DNA of 64,000 nt, taken from the human T2T-CHM13v2.0 reference genome, Homo sapiens. The position numbers and the translations under genes are program-made. Positions 17,172 to 35,482 of this stretch are shown here, one piece after another. The DNA lies in the NCBI RefSeq assembly GCF_009914755.1, contig NC_060941.1; one strand, written 5' to 3'. How positions within the stretch are numbered: position 1 is the stretch's first letter; each line of letters begins with the position of its first letter. The notes below the pieces were generated by a model. That model saw only the letters and a list, made by a program, of their open reading frames with translations, was not told where the DNA came from and did not search any database.

Positions 17172-18334
17172 TTTACCACTGAACACGCTGGCATTTAGAT
17201 CACTTCCTTCTTTCAGCATGCTAGACAGTAAAGAGAATGGGCATGAGGTGGCAGGAAGAAGGAAAGAGTGAAGATAATGGAGTTAGGTCAGTGAGGGATA
17301 TTTCCTAAATTCCCCACTTCTTTTCCTCTAGCAGTTCTGGGAAACTTCTCAGCAGCTATCATATAAGGAAAGTATCTCGCTAGGAGAAGCAAAGAATCAG
17401 AAATAGCAGGGCATGGGGAGAATGCAGGAAGTGGGCCAGGGTAGACAATGCTGGGGAAAGGAGGCCAAGGGAGGAAAACCTAGAATTGGACAGGATGTTT
17501 CCTCTGCTGTCTGGACCTTCTTTTTATAAGGTTGTTAGAATTAAATTTCATTTATACAGAGAACTGAAGTGATAGGTGGCCAGATGATTAAGTCCTTTTG
17601 TCTCTGATGAGGATTTATTCCCCTCAAAATTCTGATAAGGAATTCCCATGCTGCAAATATTAATTTGCTCCTCTACCTACGCCTCTGAGAGTCACGAGAC
17701 ACCAAAGGCCAAATTTACTTATCTATATTAAGGGCCTTATGTGAAATGAAAGGTGATTTACTTAGCTGACCATTTCCCAAGCAGCCTTACTTAGACTCAA
17801 CCTTAAAAATTATCTGGAGGGCTCACAATCGTGACCGCCAGCGAGCGGCGAGGTCCACGTAAGGCTAACCCAGACTCTCCAACTGCTCTTGGAGTGAAGA
17901 TGCCTTGGTTTAGGTTAGGGTGCCAGATCTGTATAACCCAGTGCTAAACGAGAATCCGATTTACCCTCCTCTCTTCACCGAGCAAAGCAACCTGGACAGT
18001 CAAACTCAGTCACGTAAGGCAGACAGAACTTAAACCAGAGGGCCAGGTGAACACTGAAGGGGCATGTGACAAGATCCACCTTCAACGTACTTCACAGCCA
18101 AGCCATGGTGACTAATGAAATAGGCCAGATCTGCCTGTGGAACACTGTCCTGAATGTTTAGCACAGAGAGACAGGAAGGTGGCAATGAGGTGCAGCAAAC
18201 GCCAGAGGCTGGCCTGTAAAGGAAAGTGTGTGGCTCAAGTAGTGTCACTGGAAAAGGAGTGGGTGGCAGAGCATGTTGTAGTGATTGTACCCTTCAAATA
18301 ATAACCTCCATACACAATTGAGTTGGTAGAATTT

Positions 18335-18340
18335 GTTAAT
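18335..18340 (-). terminator. SLC6A4: SLC6A4 distal poly(A) signal ATTAAC (polymorphic signal, rs3813034 site; T form here)
   Basis: GTTAAT on + about 670 nt past the stop, with a GU-rich element downstream on -. Fits the known distal site. The SNP identity is from memory. Confidence 0.7.
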
Positions 18341-18459
18341 GTAAGAAAAATTTGGGGAATTCATATATTTGTAATGGGCCCAAAATATTGGACTAGAGAT
18401 AAGAATACACTGAAACAACAATATACACAGACTCACAAGCTTGCATGGACACACTATTT

Positions 18460-18465
18460 TTCATT
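18460..18465 (-). terminator. SLC6A4: SLC6A4 proximal non-canonical poly(A) signal AATGAA
   Basis: TTCATT on + about 545 nt past the stop. Fits the known proximal SERT polyadenylation site. Confidence 0.7.
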
Positions 18466-18498
18466 TTAGCTTCTTACATCTTCCTTTCCTGATGCCAC

Positions 18499-18505
18499 AG
18501 CAGCA
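18499..18505 (-). promoter_or_regulatory. miR-15/16 seed match (UGCUGCU) in the SERT 3' UTR
   Basis: AGCAGCA on +. miR-16 regulation of SERT is established. Confidence 0.7.
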
Positions 18506-18566
18506 CATGGATTAGAAGGTTCTAGTAGATTCCAGCAATAAAATTATATATGCTACTCAGAAAATA

Positions 18567-18573
18567 TATGGCT
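18567..18573 (-). promoter_or_regulatory. miR-135 7mer-A1 seed match (AGCCAUA) in the SERT 3' UTR
   Basis: TATGGCT on +. miR-135 regulation of Slc6a4 is established. Confidence 0.65.
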
Positions 18574-19008
18574 AGCGAGATAGCATCCCTGTTCTCTCCT
18601 ACGCAGTTTACGTATTCATGAACAGTGAAACCTTTAGAAGCAAACAGATATCAGATACCAATGATCATACCAAGAAATGATACAGGAGACTTTCACAGAC
18701 TTGATTCTAAACCTAATCCTAACTGATGATAGGGTGGTTTTCATCACCTCCATCCACATCCTCACACGTCCAAAATAGGCCAGCTCAGCTGTGTCACAGT
18801 CTACCATGGGAATATGTCCAGGGGAATCCATGGAAATAAGTGGCTGGAGGCCTTGAGTCTGGGCACCAGACTGTGTCCCTGTGGAGAAGGCCCTTCCATC
18901 ATCAGGCTTAGCTGGAAACTCATTCACTTGGAGGGGAGAAGGCAGGCGTGCCTCATCAGAACTGGAGGAGGAGGTTGTGGAGAAGCCTTTTTCCTCTCGG
19001 TGAGTGTG

Positions 19009-19083
19009 TTACACAGCATTCAAGCGGATGTCCCCACAAGGAATTTCTGTTGGTGTTTCTGGGGTAATACTTTTAATAATACG
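19009..19083 (-). CDS. SLC6A4: SERT exon 14 coding part (75 nt), C-terminal PDZ-type tail NAV
   Basis: RIIKSITPETPTEIPCGDIRLNAV*. All coding exons sum to 1893 nt (630 aa). Confidence 0.97.
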   Translation of the reverse strand, partial: RIIKSITPETPTEIPCGDIRLNAV

Positions 19084-20245
19084 CTATTGGGAAGAAAATA
19101 CAATGTTATAAACATCCTTGTAATTTTTAAAACTTGCAAAAATAGTCAACATTAATATTAAAACAAAGCTTAAATAACACTTTAATAACATCTAAGAGCG
19201 AGTTGGAATAGTCTCACTGACATTCCTTAGGAAAAGAATTCCCAATTTATGTATTCTCAAATATGAATTAAAATGGTATATTCAGAAACTATACACATCT
19301 GTAAACTAAGAAAATCATTATAACACTAATGGAAGAAAATGATGAGCCTTCAACAGAATCTCTGCTGGCCAATAACATGCTTTTGAAGGACTTGGGAAAG
19401 GGTACCCTTTTCTCTGGACAGAGGAGACTTCTGCGGCCACAAAGGGCTTGGGGAGCAGAGTAATTGCTGGGTTTTGGCCCCCATCCCCTCACCCAGGCTC
19501 CTTGTCTCCTGCAGACACACTGCAGCCATACTGCCCAGTGCTATCAGCCACTGTAACAGCCAGGATGTTACTAATTTAATGAATTCACCTGTAAAGCAAT
19601 ACTGGTTAGTTCATATGAGAGTATAAATTATCACATAGTTAAACTGTAAAAGATGCGATTATTGAAATCATCACTTCTAATGCAACATTGTGTTGATGTA
19701 GTACTCATCACAGAGAAGTGGCTGAGAAGGTCTACTATAGAAACAGCTGAGGTACACAGAAGCTTTAAGATGGATCTGAAATATACTTGGGCTTAGGTGT
19801 GAAATATACAACTGGCCTTGTAAAACTCAGCATCAGAGTGGCAAAAAGCAGCTCAGGGATATAGAGGAGAAAAAAAAAAAAACAGCCACACTGCAGAGGC
19901 TTTGAAAAATCTTTATTAAGTTGCTTAATAAAATCTTTGTTGGCCAAAAGTCTGTATGTATCATAAGCAGACAATTTGGATCTGAAAGCATCCTTTGATT
20001 TACTGATCTTTAGGTGAAGTTCTGCCCCTGTCATTTTTATTTTGGACTGAAAATGTCTGGAGTTGCCTTCAAGCTTTTCTATTTTCTCATTCTGGGAGTT
20101 TGTTCTTTAAGAAATAGGGCCTCTATAATTCAAAAAGTTCCAGTCCTACAGTTAATGAAATGCACTATAGGGCAAAATGCACAAAATTGCACATTTTGTG
20201 CTCCTCATGACCTTAGTATCTGTGTACTGAACTTTCACACTAGAA

Positions 20246-20310
20246 ATCCGTTTAAAAAGGAGTCATTGCAGGGAGTTTAAAAAGGAGTCATCCGTTTAAA
20301 AAGGAGTCAT
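20246..20310. repeat. Three exact copies of GTTTAAAAAGGAGTCAT with unequal spacers
   Basis: Copies at 20250-20266, 20275-20291 and 20294-20310. Confidence 0.9.
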
Positions 20311-20422
20311 CAGCTACCAGAGCATGCCGAGTCACGGAAAGCAACTTGTCAGAAACCATGCATTCCCACAGACTAACATGTGAACTATACCTGATTAAAC
20401 AGAATTATGGCTTGTTAGTTGA

Positions 20423-20701
<279 letters not shown>

Positions 20702-21339
20702 TGAACGACGTCATAAAGTCAAACACTTGGTTTTTGTGCCCTTACCTACCCACATGGGCTGCTGCCCTGTTGGTGACTGACCACCCAGGATGCCAGGCCC
20801 ACGTCTGTTTTCCGTGCTTTGCCAGCATTCTAGTTGCCAGGCTACCGTTGTGCTGGAAATTTGCCAGGCCCTGCCTGGCCTTCTGCAAGATGATAACAAG
20901 TTAATCTAAGAAATGGATTCCTCTTCATATCTTCATAAACGTGTACTCATTAGGGACCATTTTCCAGTATCTTTGGGTGGATTATTAGTAGTTTCTGCAA
21001 AAATGACCTAAGCCAGTGGATGACTCCAACCGCAAGACTTCCAGACCGTGGGTGTGTATGGTACCCTTCAAATTACACCAGTAAGCGGTGGCTCACTCCA
21101 CAAACTCCAACCTTGCATATGGCCAGGGCCCAAAAGGATTTTATATGAGGCTTCCCTCCCTCACACATAGAAAGTTACAGACTAGCAAGTCTGGTATTCA
21201 TAAAGAATTGTGAAGAATTCTAGACCTTTGGCAAAAAACACAGCATGCTTTATTCTTCTCAGAGATTAAACATGCACATGGGCATATTAAAGTTTTTTTG
21301 AGAAGTCCTCAGGTAAACAAACCTGTTTATTTACTTATT

Positions 21340-21636
21340 TAATTTTTTTGAGACAGAGTCTCGCTCTGTTGCCCAGGGTGGAGTGCAGTGGCTCGATGAT
21401 CTCAGCTCACTGCAATCTCTGCCTCCCAGGCTCAAGCAATTTCCATGCCTCGGCCTCCTGAGAAGCTGGAACTACAGGTGCCCGCCACCACACCCGGCTA
21501 ATTTTTGCATTTTTAGTAGAGACGGGGGTTTCACCATGTTGGCTAGGCTAGTCTCGAACTCCTGACCTCAGGTGACCCATCCACCTCGGCCTGCCAAAGT
21601 GCTGGGATTACAGGTGTGACCCACTGTGCCCGGCCA
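21340..21636 (-). mobile_element. Alu
   Basis: Alu consensus; AAACCTGTTTA TSD-like flanks. Confidence 0.9.
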
Positions 21637-22377
21637 AGAAACCTGTTTAACTTGCCTTAGTCCAGCAGTCTCCAAAAATTACCTGACTACATAAACTTTT
21701 TCTCCAGCAGTAATACCTGTGACAGCCCCTGGAACACACTTTGGGAAATGTTAACATGGTCAAATGAGCACATTTGAAAGAGGAGGAAACCGAGGCCCAG
21801 ATAAGATGAGTACCTGCCAGAGCCGACTAGGGCCTTTTCCATGGTCCTCACCGACAGGGGTGTATCACACTGCTTCCGGGTAACCCGCTGCTCCCCATCT
21901 GGTGGCCCCTCGTGAAGACGCCCTACCTACAATTAGTCTTACCTCTATTGCTAACAGACCTGAGCTCTGTTAGTGACACACTTTTGGGTGGCATTCCCTT
22001 GTGGCCAACTGGGGGAATTTGTGAGAAAGATGGCCAGGATCTGAGGTGTAGCCTGTGACTAAAGAATGACATTTATTAACCTAACACAGTTCCCACCTCC
22101 AACCTTGGCCTCTGGATTTGAAGCAACAGAGCTCATGGATCATCACAACTGCCAAGACAGATGACCGGAAGGAATGCGTTCAATGACTCTGGGTAGGAGA
22201 GTGTGCGGGAAGCAGCACGGGACCCAAGGCTCTTTAGGGGGAGTGCGGTCATGAGAGGGCTGGTTTGGCTGTAGGAAATTAGTAACTACGGAGCTCAGAG
22301 TTCTGTTCACCCAGAATACAGTTTTCCTGTTTCAAAAAAGAAATGAACGCAGTTGTTCTCAGAAAGGGCTGATATTT

Positions 22378-22978
22378 GGCCGGGTGCAGTGGCTCATGCC
22401 GGCAATCCCAGCACTTTGGGAAGCTGAGGCAGGAGGATTGAGCTCAGGAGTTTGAGACCAGCCTGGGCAACATAGTGAGATCTTGTTTCTATTAAAAATT
22501 TAAAAATTTAGCCAGGCGCTTGTAGTCCCAGCTAGTCAGGAGGCTGAGGTGAAAGGATCACCTGAGCCCAGGAGTTTGAGGCTGCAGTGAGCCATGATTA
22601 TACCACTGCACTCCAGCCTGGGGTACAGAGTGAGACCTTGTCTGAAAAAAAAGAAAGAGCTGATGTTTAACTGCCTATGTTCTCTTGCTTCTCATTTCTT
22701 ATGAAATGTCTTAGGATGACTATTGTGATGGACTCATGTCTAAATTTTGCGTAAGATCTCAAATTAGCCCACCTCCGTTCTCAGGCTATTATAGATTATG
22801 CTGAGTAGCTGGGACTACAGGCACGTGCCACCATGCGCAGCTAATTTTTGTAATTTTAGTAGAGACAGGATTTCACCATGTTGGCCAGGCTGGTCTTGAA
22901 CTCCTGACCTCAGGTGATCCACATGCCTTGGCCTCCTAAAATGCAGAGATTACAGGTGTGAGCCACTGTGCCCAGCCG
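22378..22978. mobile_element. Sense Alu (~22378-22655) and partial antisense Alu (~22800-22978)
   Basis: Alu consensus in opposite orientations. Confidence 0.85.
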
Positions 22979-23712
22979 GAAATAAGGAAACTTCGAGCAG
23001 GATTATTCCCCACCTCAGTGTCCTTGTCTGGTAATAATGCCTGCCCATTTACCTCCCAAGGTACTTTGATAACAGAATAGGATAATCGACATGCAGATGC
23101 TTTGAAAATGGCATTCATACAAATTGTAAGGTACTGTTATTAACATTTCTACAGCGCATTCATTACCGAAATGAATCTTGCTATCCTGGCAAAACATTTT
23201 TACTCCAATGGCTTGAGCTAAAATCATGCTATTGTTAGATAGCTAATAATTTTGATCTAAAACTATGATACTGTTGCAACATCCTTATTTTGTGATGATT
23301 TTCAAAATAATACTTTTCACATTGCTGTTAGAAAAGTGACCATGGACATTTCCCACCATAATTGCCACTTAAAATTTGTGTATTGCTCCAGACATCACAG
23401 GTCTGATATCCATGCCCAGTGGCAAGCAGGAGGCAGGGTAGTTGTCTGATAAGTTTGAAAACCTATGCACAGCCCAAGCTGAATGCTCTGGTGCACCCAA
23501 ATGATCAGCTCACTCTTTTGCCCTTGCATTTGAGGCTTTGGGAGATGCCTTAAGATAACAGTGACAGCCATTAGAGGTCTTCGCCATGGCACAGGTACAT
23601 ACATATATAGGGTTGCATGCCTCCTGGTGAATCTCATTTTGAATAGAGCATAACAAGATAATCCTTTTCTCCCAAAACAATTAGTAGTCTGAACACACAC
23701 ATATACACACTA

Positions 23713-23892
<180 letters not shown>

Positions 23893-26164
23893 CTAAAACA
23901 GAAATTCCAAGAAACATTAAAAACCTTAACAATATCCACTCAGATAGAGATGTTTCCGATACCACAAACACCAAATGCTAAAGCTAAGATACTTTCAGGA
24001 AATTCCCAAGATGTGATATATCCTGGATTGAACTCTGACACACAGAATTACCAACTTCTGTACCCAAGCTGCAAGACTACACCAGCCAGGTGCTTTCCCT
24101 GATTTTCCTCCCCAGCCCTCACTTCCTATAGGGGGATGTTGCAGCAGCCCTACAGCTGCCCCTACAGTCGGGGCTGAAGCCTGCAGCTCCCACTTCAGCA
24201 CAGGCCTCTGCCCAGGCAAAGAGACTGGCAACCTTGAGAGTAATTTGGGCCTTGTCTTGCCAGAAGGCAGAGGAATAAACTGGGTGACCTCTCCGCAGCC
24301 CCCCGCCAGGCCCCAGGCTTCATATTTCTCTCTGCTTTGTTTTCATTGCCTTGCGTTTCTGGCTGTGGTTGTTTTTGGTCAGACGGAAGGTGCCTGATGT
24401 CCAGGAAAGATAAGAAGGTTCTCAAGACCCAGAGAGGACTCAGGCTCCTGGGGGTGTGTCCTTCTCCCATTTTCCTGAGCTCTCTGCCTTCTGCATTAAG
24501 CTGCATCGCCTGGAGTTTCAACAAGGATGGCTCTGCCACTAGGCATCTCAACAATGAATGACTGCCTGCCACAGGTCCTCATCATGAAAGGAATTATGGA
24601 AGGAAAAATAGCAGCTTAATACACCTTTCACTTGAACACTCTGTGAGAATTTTGACCAAGAAAAATTCCACAGTGTGCTCCCAACACCCAGTTTATGAGT
24701 TTTCTTATTTCAATTTGGTTTCCAGATTTTGCCTAGTAACCACTGTGCCGAAATTGTTATTGCTGTTGATTTAATTTTATTTTATTATTTCACAGTCATA
24801 AAGAAGACAGTAATGTGAATTATTTGTGTGGTTAAACATCTATTTATATCTTTTTTTTTCTTTGTCTGCAGGTAATAAAATGGGAAATTGCTAAACACAC
24901 ATCCATCTTCTGAGCGGTGCTATCTTAAGTCTAGGTGGAAGCCTTCAAAACAGGAACCTGGTCAATTGCAAACCTTCCTCCTAACCCAGGCTCCTCATCC
25001 CCAGAGCCGGCTATGAAGAAAGATGGTTTGGGAACAGGGAAAGAAGATCTGGTTAGGAGCCATCCCGGCTGCTTGTCTCTTAATGTCAGGTGTGTGAAAT
25101 CCCACTCAGTCATTGGGGGACTCAACCTCCGGTTGGGGCAAGTGCTACTTCAGAAACCCCCTCACACATCCTGGCCTCTACTCGTACACAATATTTTCTT
25201 TTTTTTAACTTGGCTGCAGTGAAAAAGAATATTTTTAGTAAGCTACTTGTTGTTTACCTAAAGCAGCCTTAAGAAGCCCAGAGCAGGGGATCTGTTAAGT
25301 GAACGTAGAAGTGGAAGACAGATTTGCCTCTCTCAGGCACTAGGGCACTTGGCTGTAGAGGGGTGAGTATGGCAAACATCATGGGAATTATGAGTAGTGC
25401 GCCCACATCCAAAGCTGCACGTGGGTTTTCCTGGGCAAAGAAACTCAATGACTGTGCATCAAGAGTGTACCCAGTCTGACAGCAGGAAATTGACAGAAAC
25501 GAACAGCCCCAAGCCCCAGGGCACATGGAGGCACTCACCTCAGGCACGACATTTCAGCAGGAGCCAAAATCAAAATAAATAATATTTTATTACAATTTTT
25601 TAAAAGACAGGATCTAACAGGGCCAGATGAGGGTAAAGCGAGTGAAGTACGATGTACAAGTACAGGGCTGGCTCCTGTGTTTATTGAAAATGTTGATACT
25701 TTGTTAATCATGGATCTTTTTGAATTAATTTTTATTTTTAAAAAATATTGTGTGAAAATAATATTTATCCTGAGTCCTGAGCTCTTTGGTGCCTTCTTAA
25801 ATTTTATACCCACAGTGAATGTTTCACTTGCCTTCAAGTCTCCCCTAGACATCATTTCCTCACTGCGTGGGGAATAAATATGGAAGTAAACAAACAAACA
25901 AACAAACATCTTTCTGCCCTCAAGGAATTAATCCAATGACTCTTCTTCCTTTGAAAAACAAATAAAAATATTTAAGTAGATTATTGAGAAGTACTGGTAA
26001 TAATATAAATTAATAACCCATTTATGTCAGGGCTTCTGCTTCTGGTAGGATGGGCTAGGCGATTTCCAACAACCCTCTCACTGAAAACAACTAAAACTTC
26101 TGGATTTAAAAACACACGCATTTTAAATGTGCCTAAATGCATCAGCAAGCTGATAAGGTCATAA

Positions 26165-28386
<2,222 letters not shown>

Positions 28387-28662
28387 CTGGAACCGCCCAA
28401 GGGGAAGAGAGGCAGAGACTAAGAAAGGACATGGGCTGTGCTGCTGTGCCCTGATTCTCTGGGAGAGTCAGAGTCACAGGATCAGCACTGGGAATGACAA
28501 GGGGAAATGACAAGCCGGAATTCCTACCCCGGACACACAGGGTAGCTCTGGAATTTCTCTCTAGGAGGAGTACAGCGACAACAATCTGGTCCGAAAGTGG
28601 GGCTGGGGGACTTGTCACAAAACTGCATTTTTATAGCAAGCAAGACTCTTTCTACATAGGGT

Positions 28663-28722
28663 GGGAGGACGGATGGGCATCTGGAAGGATGGATGGACAT
28701 TTGGGAGGATGGATGGGCATCT
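28663..28722. repeat. 20-bp x3 minisatellite in SLC6A4 intron 11
   Basis: GGGAGGACGGATGGGCATCT / GGAAGGATGGATGGACATTT / GGGAGGATGGATGGGCATCT. Confidence 0.85.
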
Positions 28723-29229
28723 GGGAAGAGACACACACCCCCTTCTTGGTGCCACACCGCCTTCCTGAGAGCTGAGTGTGTATCTGATTTCATTGTTATT
28801 ATAAAACAGTTGAATTTTGTCCAGGAATGGTGAACCCGCCTGACAGACACTGACTTTGACCATGACACTGGAAACTTTCAAGGGAAATTTTTAACCACAA
28901 TATTGCCCATTCATATGCCAGATCAAGATCAAGGTTCTTCTATAAAAAGTAACTGGTAAGGAAGTGAGAACTGAGAACTCCCAAAGAAGAGTGAGAAATT
29001 GAGAAGGGGAAGGTGCTCTGTGGTTGCTTCCCCGAGAGGTCCCAGCAGTTCCTAGGGCAGGTCTATGGAGATTCACACACTTGAACTTGGTCGTCTGAAT
29101 TGCCAAGGAGGTGGGAAGATTTCTTCTTTAAAAAACAAAACAAAACAAAACAAAAGCAGCCCTGTGTGCAACCCAAAATGTGCCCCCTCCTTGATAATAT
29201 GTGTAACAAATAACATGCAAAAGTGGTTT

Positions 29230-29555
29230 ATTTTTGTTTGTTTTTGGGTTTTTTGTTTGTTTCGAGACAGACTCTCACTCTGTTGTCCAGACTGGAGTGC
29301 AGTGGCGCGATCTTGGCTCACTGCAACCTCTGCCTCCCAGATTCAAGCAATTCTCCTGCCTCAGCCTCCTGAGTAGCTGAGATTACAGGCTTGCGCCATC
29401 ATGCCCGGCTAATTTTTTTTTTTTTTTGTATTTTTAGTAGAGATGGAGTTTCACCATGTTGGCCAGGCTGGTCTCGAACTCCTGATCTCAGGTGATCCAC
29501 CTGTGTCAGCCTCCCAAAATGCTGGGATTACAGGCGTGAGCCACCGCGCCTGGCC
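29230..29555 (-). mobile_element. Alu
   Basis: Alu consensus. Confidence 0.9.
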
Positions 29556-29631
29556 GAGACTCTTTTACAGACCCATCATCGGGAGGTCACATCTTGTAAA
29601 CTGCCCCTCACAGCCTTTTTTGGTGAAATCA

Positions 29632-29940
<309 letters not shown>

Positions 29941-29942
29941 TT

Positions 29943-30213
29943 AGGCCAGGTGCGGTGGCTCATGCCTGTCATCCCAGCACTTTGGGAGGCTGAGGCGGGC
30001 GTATCACCTGAGGTCAGGAGTTTGAGACCAGCCTGGCCAATATGGTGAAAATTAGCCAGGCGTGGTGGCACACGCCTTTAATCCCAGCTACTCAGGAGGC
30101 TGAGGCGGGAGAATTGCTTGAACGAGAGGCAGAGGTTGCAGTGAGCTGAGATAGCACCATTGCACTCCAGCCTGGGGGACAGAGCAAGACTCTGTCCAAA
30201 AAAAAAAAAAAAA
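29943..30213 (+). mobile_element. Alu
   Basis: Alu consensus with an internal deletion at the linker. Confidence 0.9.
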
Positions 30214-30747
30214 GAAACTGTTTCTTGGACTGTTCTTGGACTGGCCTTTGCAGTGGCAGTGTGGGCAGGTTTTACCCACTCAGACGCCTCTTCCCATCCT
30301 ATGTAGTTCATTCTTCTCATTTCTTCACCCCACTAAATTTTAAGAGACAAACTCCAAAGGGCCTTGGGATCTATTTTAAACTTTCTTCAACTTATTGAAC
30401 ACCTGCTGTGGACACGACCCTGGAGAATCCCTGCCTCTAAAGACTGAATCCAGAAGGGCCCAGGATACCAGACACATTAAGGGCCTTGGTCACAGTTTTG
30501 CCTTTCTGTCCTAAATCATGACTCACTGGGGTTCCACTCAGTCCCCTTGACCCCCACTCCAGGGCCATCGGGGTCACGGCTTAAAGATGCACATTTGCAA
30601 AATCTGCCTTAGAGTATTTACTTCAGCTACCAAAAAAAAAAAAAAAGGATCTCTAGAGAGGGTGTGACTTCTTTACCATTGCAAATTCTGGAGGAGACCA
30701 AGCGGCATTACACACATGACGTGAAGAACGTCAGGGCAGTATCCTCA

Positions 30748-31221
<474 letters not shown>

Positions 31222-31865
31222 TCACGGTGGAGGCTTTGGGACAAGGCTGTGGCCTTCAGGACAGTGAACAGGAGGGAGGGGTAAGGTTGCTAAGTGACTG
31301 GTCAAGCTGATCATCACCAGTTCCCCGGCTCGCTGGACCATGTAAGCATCTCAAAGAGTATTTCCCTGTTTTACACTGTCATTTAAAGCCCATCACTAAG
31401 GAGAGCCAGGAAACAAAATAGCACACGTGGACAGAACTTCAATATATGAGGTCTCTCGGGGAGACTCCGTTTGCACCAGAAAGGCCAACTCAAAGCTGAG
31501 ACTCACTCCACACTAATAATTCCAGGCCCTGAACTGAACCCTTGGCAAAGCAGAGACCCAGGAGAGACCTCGCCCCGGCCTGTAGGCGCCATAATTGGGC
31601 CAAGGGACAGTGCTTAATAACAGTTCACATATGTGAGCCTTGGGCCTCATAAGCGCCTGGCGCTTGACCCACTTTATCCCATTAATGACTCGAATGTACC
31701 AGAGGGTGGTAAATGCCGAGGAGTCAGCCGGGGGTCTGGAGCACCAGAAGGGAGTAGCCAAAGCTGCCTGGGATGGCCAGGGATGGGAGGGAATTGAGTC
31801 CAGCTGAGTCCTCCTCCTTTCCTCTTCATCCTCCCACAGCCCATTTCCCCTTCCCATTTCCTCAC

Positions 31866-31978
31866 CGTGCTGTCCAAGCCCAGCGTGATTAACATCAGAA
31901 AGAAGATGATGGCAAAGAAAGTGGACGCTGGCATGTTGGCTATCGCTTCTGCATACGTGATGAAGAGGAGGCTGGGAC
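31866..31978 (-). CDS. SLC6A4: SERT exon 9 (113 nt): TM8
   Basis: [37 protein letters not shown]; AG/GT boundaries. Confidence 0.97.
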
Positions 31979-33255
31979 CTGAGACAGAGGGGAGAGAGGA
32001 GGAGGTGGTTGACAAGACCTGTCCTACAAAGATGTCACAGAGGAAAACTCAGCCACAACAACAGTTACAATTCTCATCACAAGACCTTATGTGTGAATCA
32101 GGTTTTGACACACACCAAGTGCGTCCTCACACTCTACTCCGTCTGACGTGGCCACCCCAGTTCCTGGGAGGCAGGAAGGGTGGGGCTTCCATCTTGAAAA
32201 CTGTGTGCCCTCCATTAACCCTGGGGGTGGGTAACAGATCCAAGACCCAGAGACTGGCAAAGCTGCACATGAGAATAAGAGTTTCCACCATATAACAATT
32301 CCATGGGATTTCTCAGGACCAGGATTGATATTTCTAAAGTCCATGACAGTTAGCCCCCTCTGATGTCTTCAGCTTCAGAACAGTAGGAAATGTTAAATTG
32401 ATTTCCGTAGAGTCACAGAGGCTTTGGAATAAAGACCTCTTTCTATTTTAAAGTCCCTTTTGAAAGTGTGAGGGACATGTCTTCAGCCTCTCATGGGTTA
32501 GCTAGGGGTGCCCTCGTTTGGGGTATGGGGTTGGTCAAAGCACCGAATCAGGCCAAAGATACAAGCATGCTAACATGCTTGTAACAAGAAGGCCCTGGGA
32601 CCTCGCCCACTAGATGCCATCATCTGTTTTTTCTCCCTCTGTTGCTCTTTTCTTTTTCCACAAAAACTTCACGGTAAAATAGAGTGGTCATATTGGCTAG
32701 ATTTTCTTTTTCTGCAAGGGGCAGTTCTAAGGATAAATGATATTTGCTTACTAGACTTTGAGCCATCACAAGACCATCACAGGAAGCAAACCCACTGGTT
32801 TTAAAGCCATCATCAGAGTCATCATTTCAAGCCCATAGATTTTGGAGGCCCCAGAACTGGGTGCCAAGGGAGTTGCCCTGTCCCTGCATGGCCTGAACAC
32901 ATGGAAAGATCTCTAAGGCATCGAGCTTCTCTCAAATCTTTGAATAAAAAATGTTTTGGAAACAGGGTCTTATTCTGTCACCCAGGCTGAAGTACAGTGG
33001 TGTGATCATGGCTCACTGTAGCCTTGACCTCCCAGGCTCAAGCAATCTTCCCACCTCAGCCTCCTGAGTAGCTGGGACTATAGGTGTGCACTACCATGCC
33101 CAGCTCATTTATTTTTTTATAGAGGCAGGGTCTCACTATGTTGCCCAGGCTGGTCTTGAACTCCACCATGCCCAGCCTTCTTTGGAAAATTTCAGGAACA
33201 TTTAGAAATAAATCAAAAGTTAGATCTTTACAAAGATTCAAAGCAAAGCAACTCA

Positions 33256-33669
<414 letters not shown>

Positions 33670-33689
33670 TTAAAAGGCAATCCTGCTAG

Positions 33690-34097
<408 letters not shown>

Positions 34098-34423
34098 TAA
34101 ATGACAGCCTCATCATACAACTGCAGGGTGGTGTCCCAGTGCAAGGCCACATTGCTTAGGGTACATGTGAATCTCCCTCCCACCTTTAAAAAAATCAGTT
34201 TTACAATTATCTTATGCATAGCACAAAGAGATTGATGGATGCTGCCATCTGTGATCAATTAAAATTAAGTCTAAAGATGATGGGTGACATTTATTTATTT
34301 ATTTATTTATTTTTGAGATAGGGTCTCCCTCTGTTGCACAGGCTGAAGTGCAGTGGCATGAACACAGCTCACTGCAGCCTTAACCTCCCGGGCTCAAGCA
34401 ATCCTCCTGCTTCAGCCTCCTGA

Positions 34424-34603
<180 letters not shown>

Positions 34604-34647
34604 TGATATTTAAAACCATAATTGGTGTAACATTTCCTGTTCTGTTA

Positions 34648-35077
<430 letters not shown>

Positions 35078-35124
35078 TCACATCACAATTTTTATTGTTA
35101 AACACATTGACTAGTTAAACCTAA

Positions 35125-35421
<297 letters not shown>

Positions 35422-35482
35422 TGATCCACCCGCCTCGGCCTCCCAAAGTGTTGAGATTACAGGTGTGAGCCACCGCACCCCG

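Noticed and set aside
20246-20310. Repeat-spacer pattern resembling a CRISPR array
   Set aside because: Human intron, spacers of only 2-8 nt, no cas genes.
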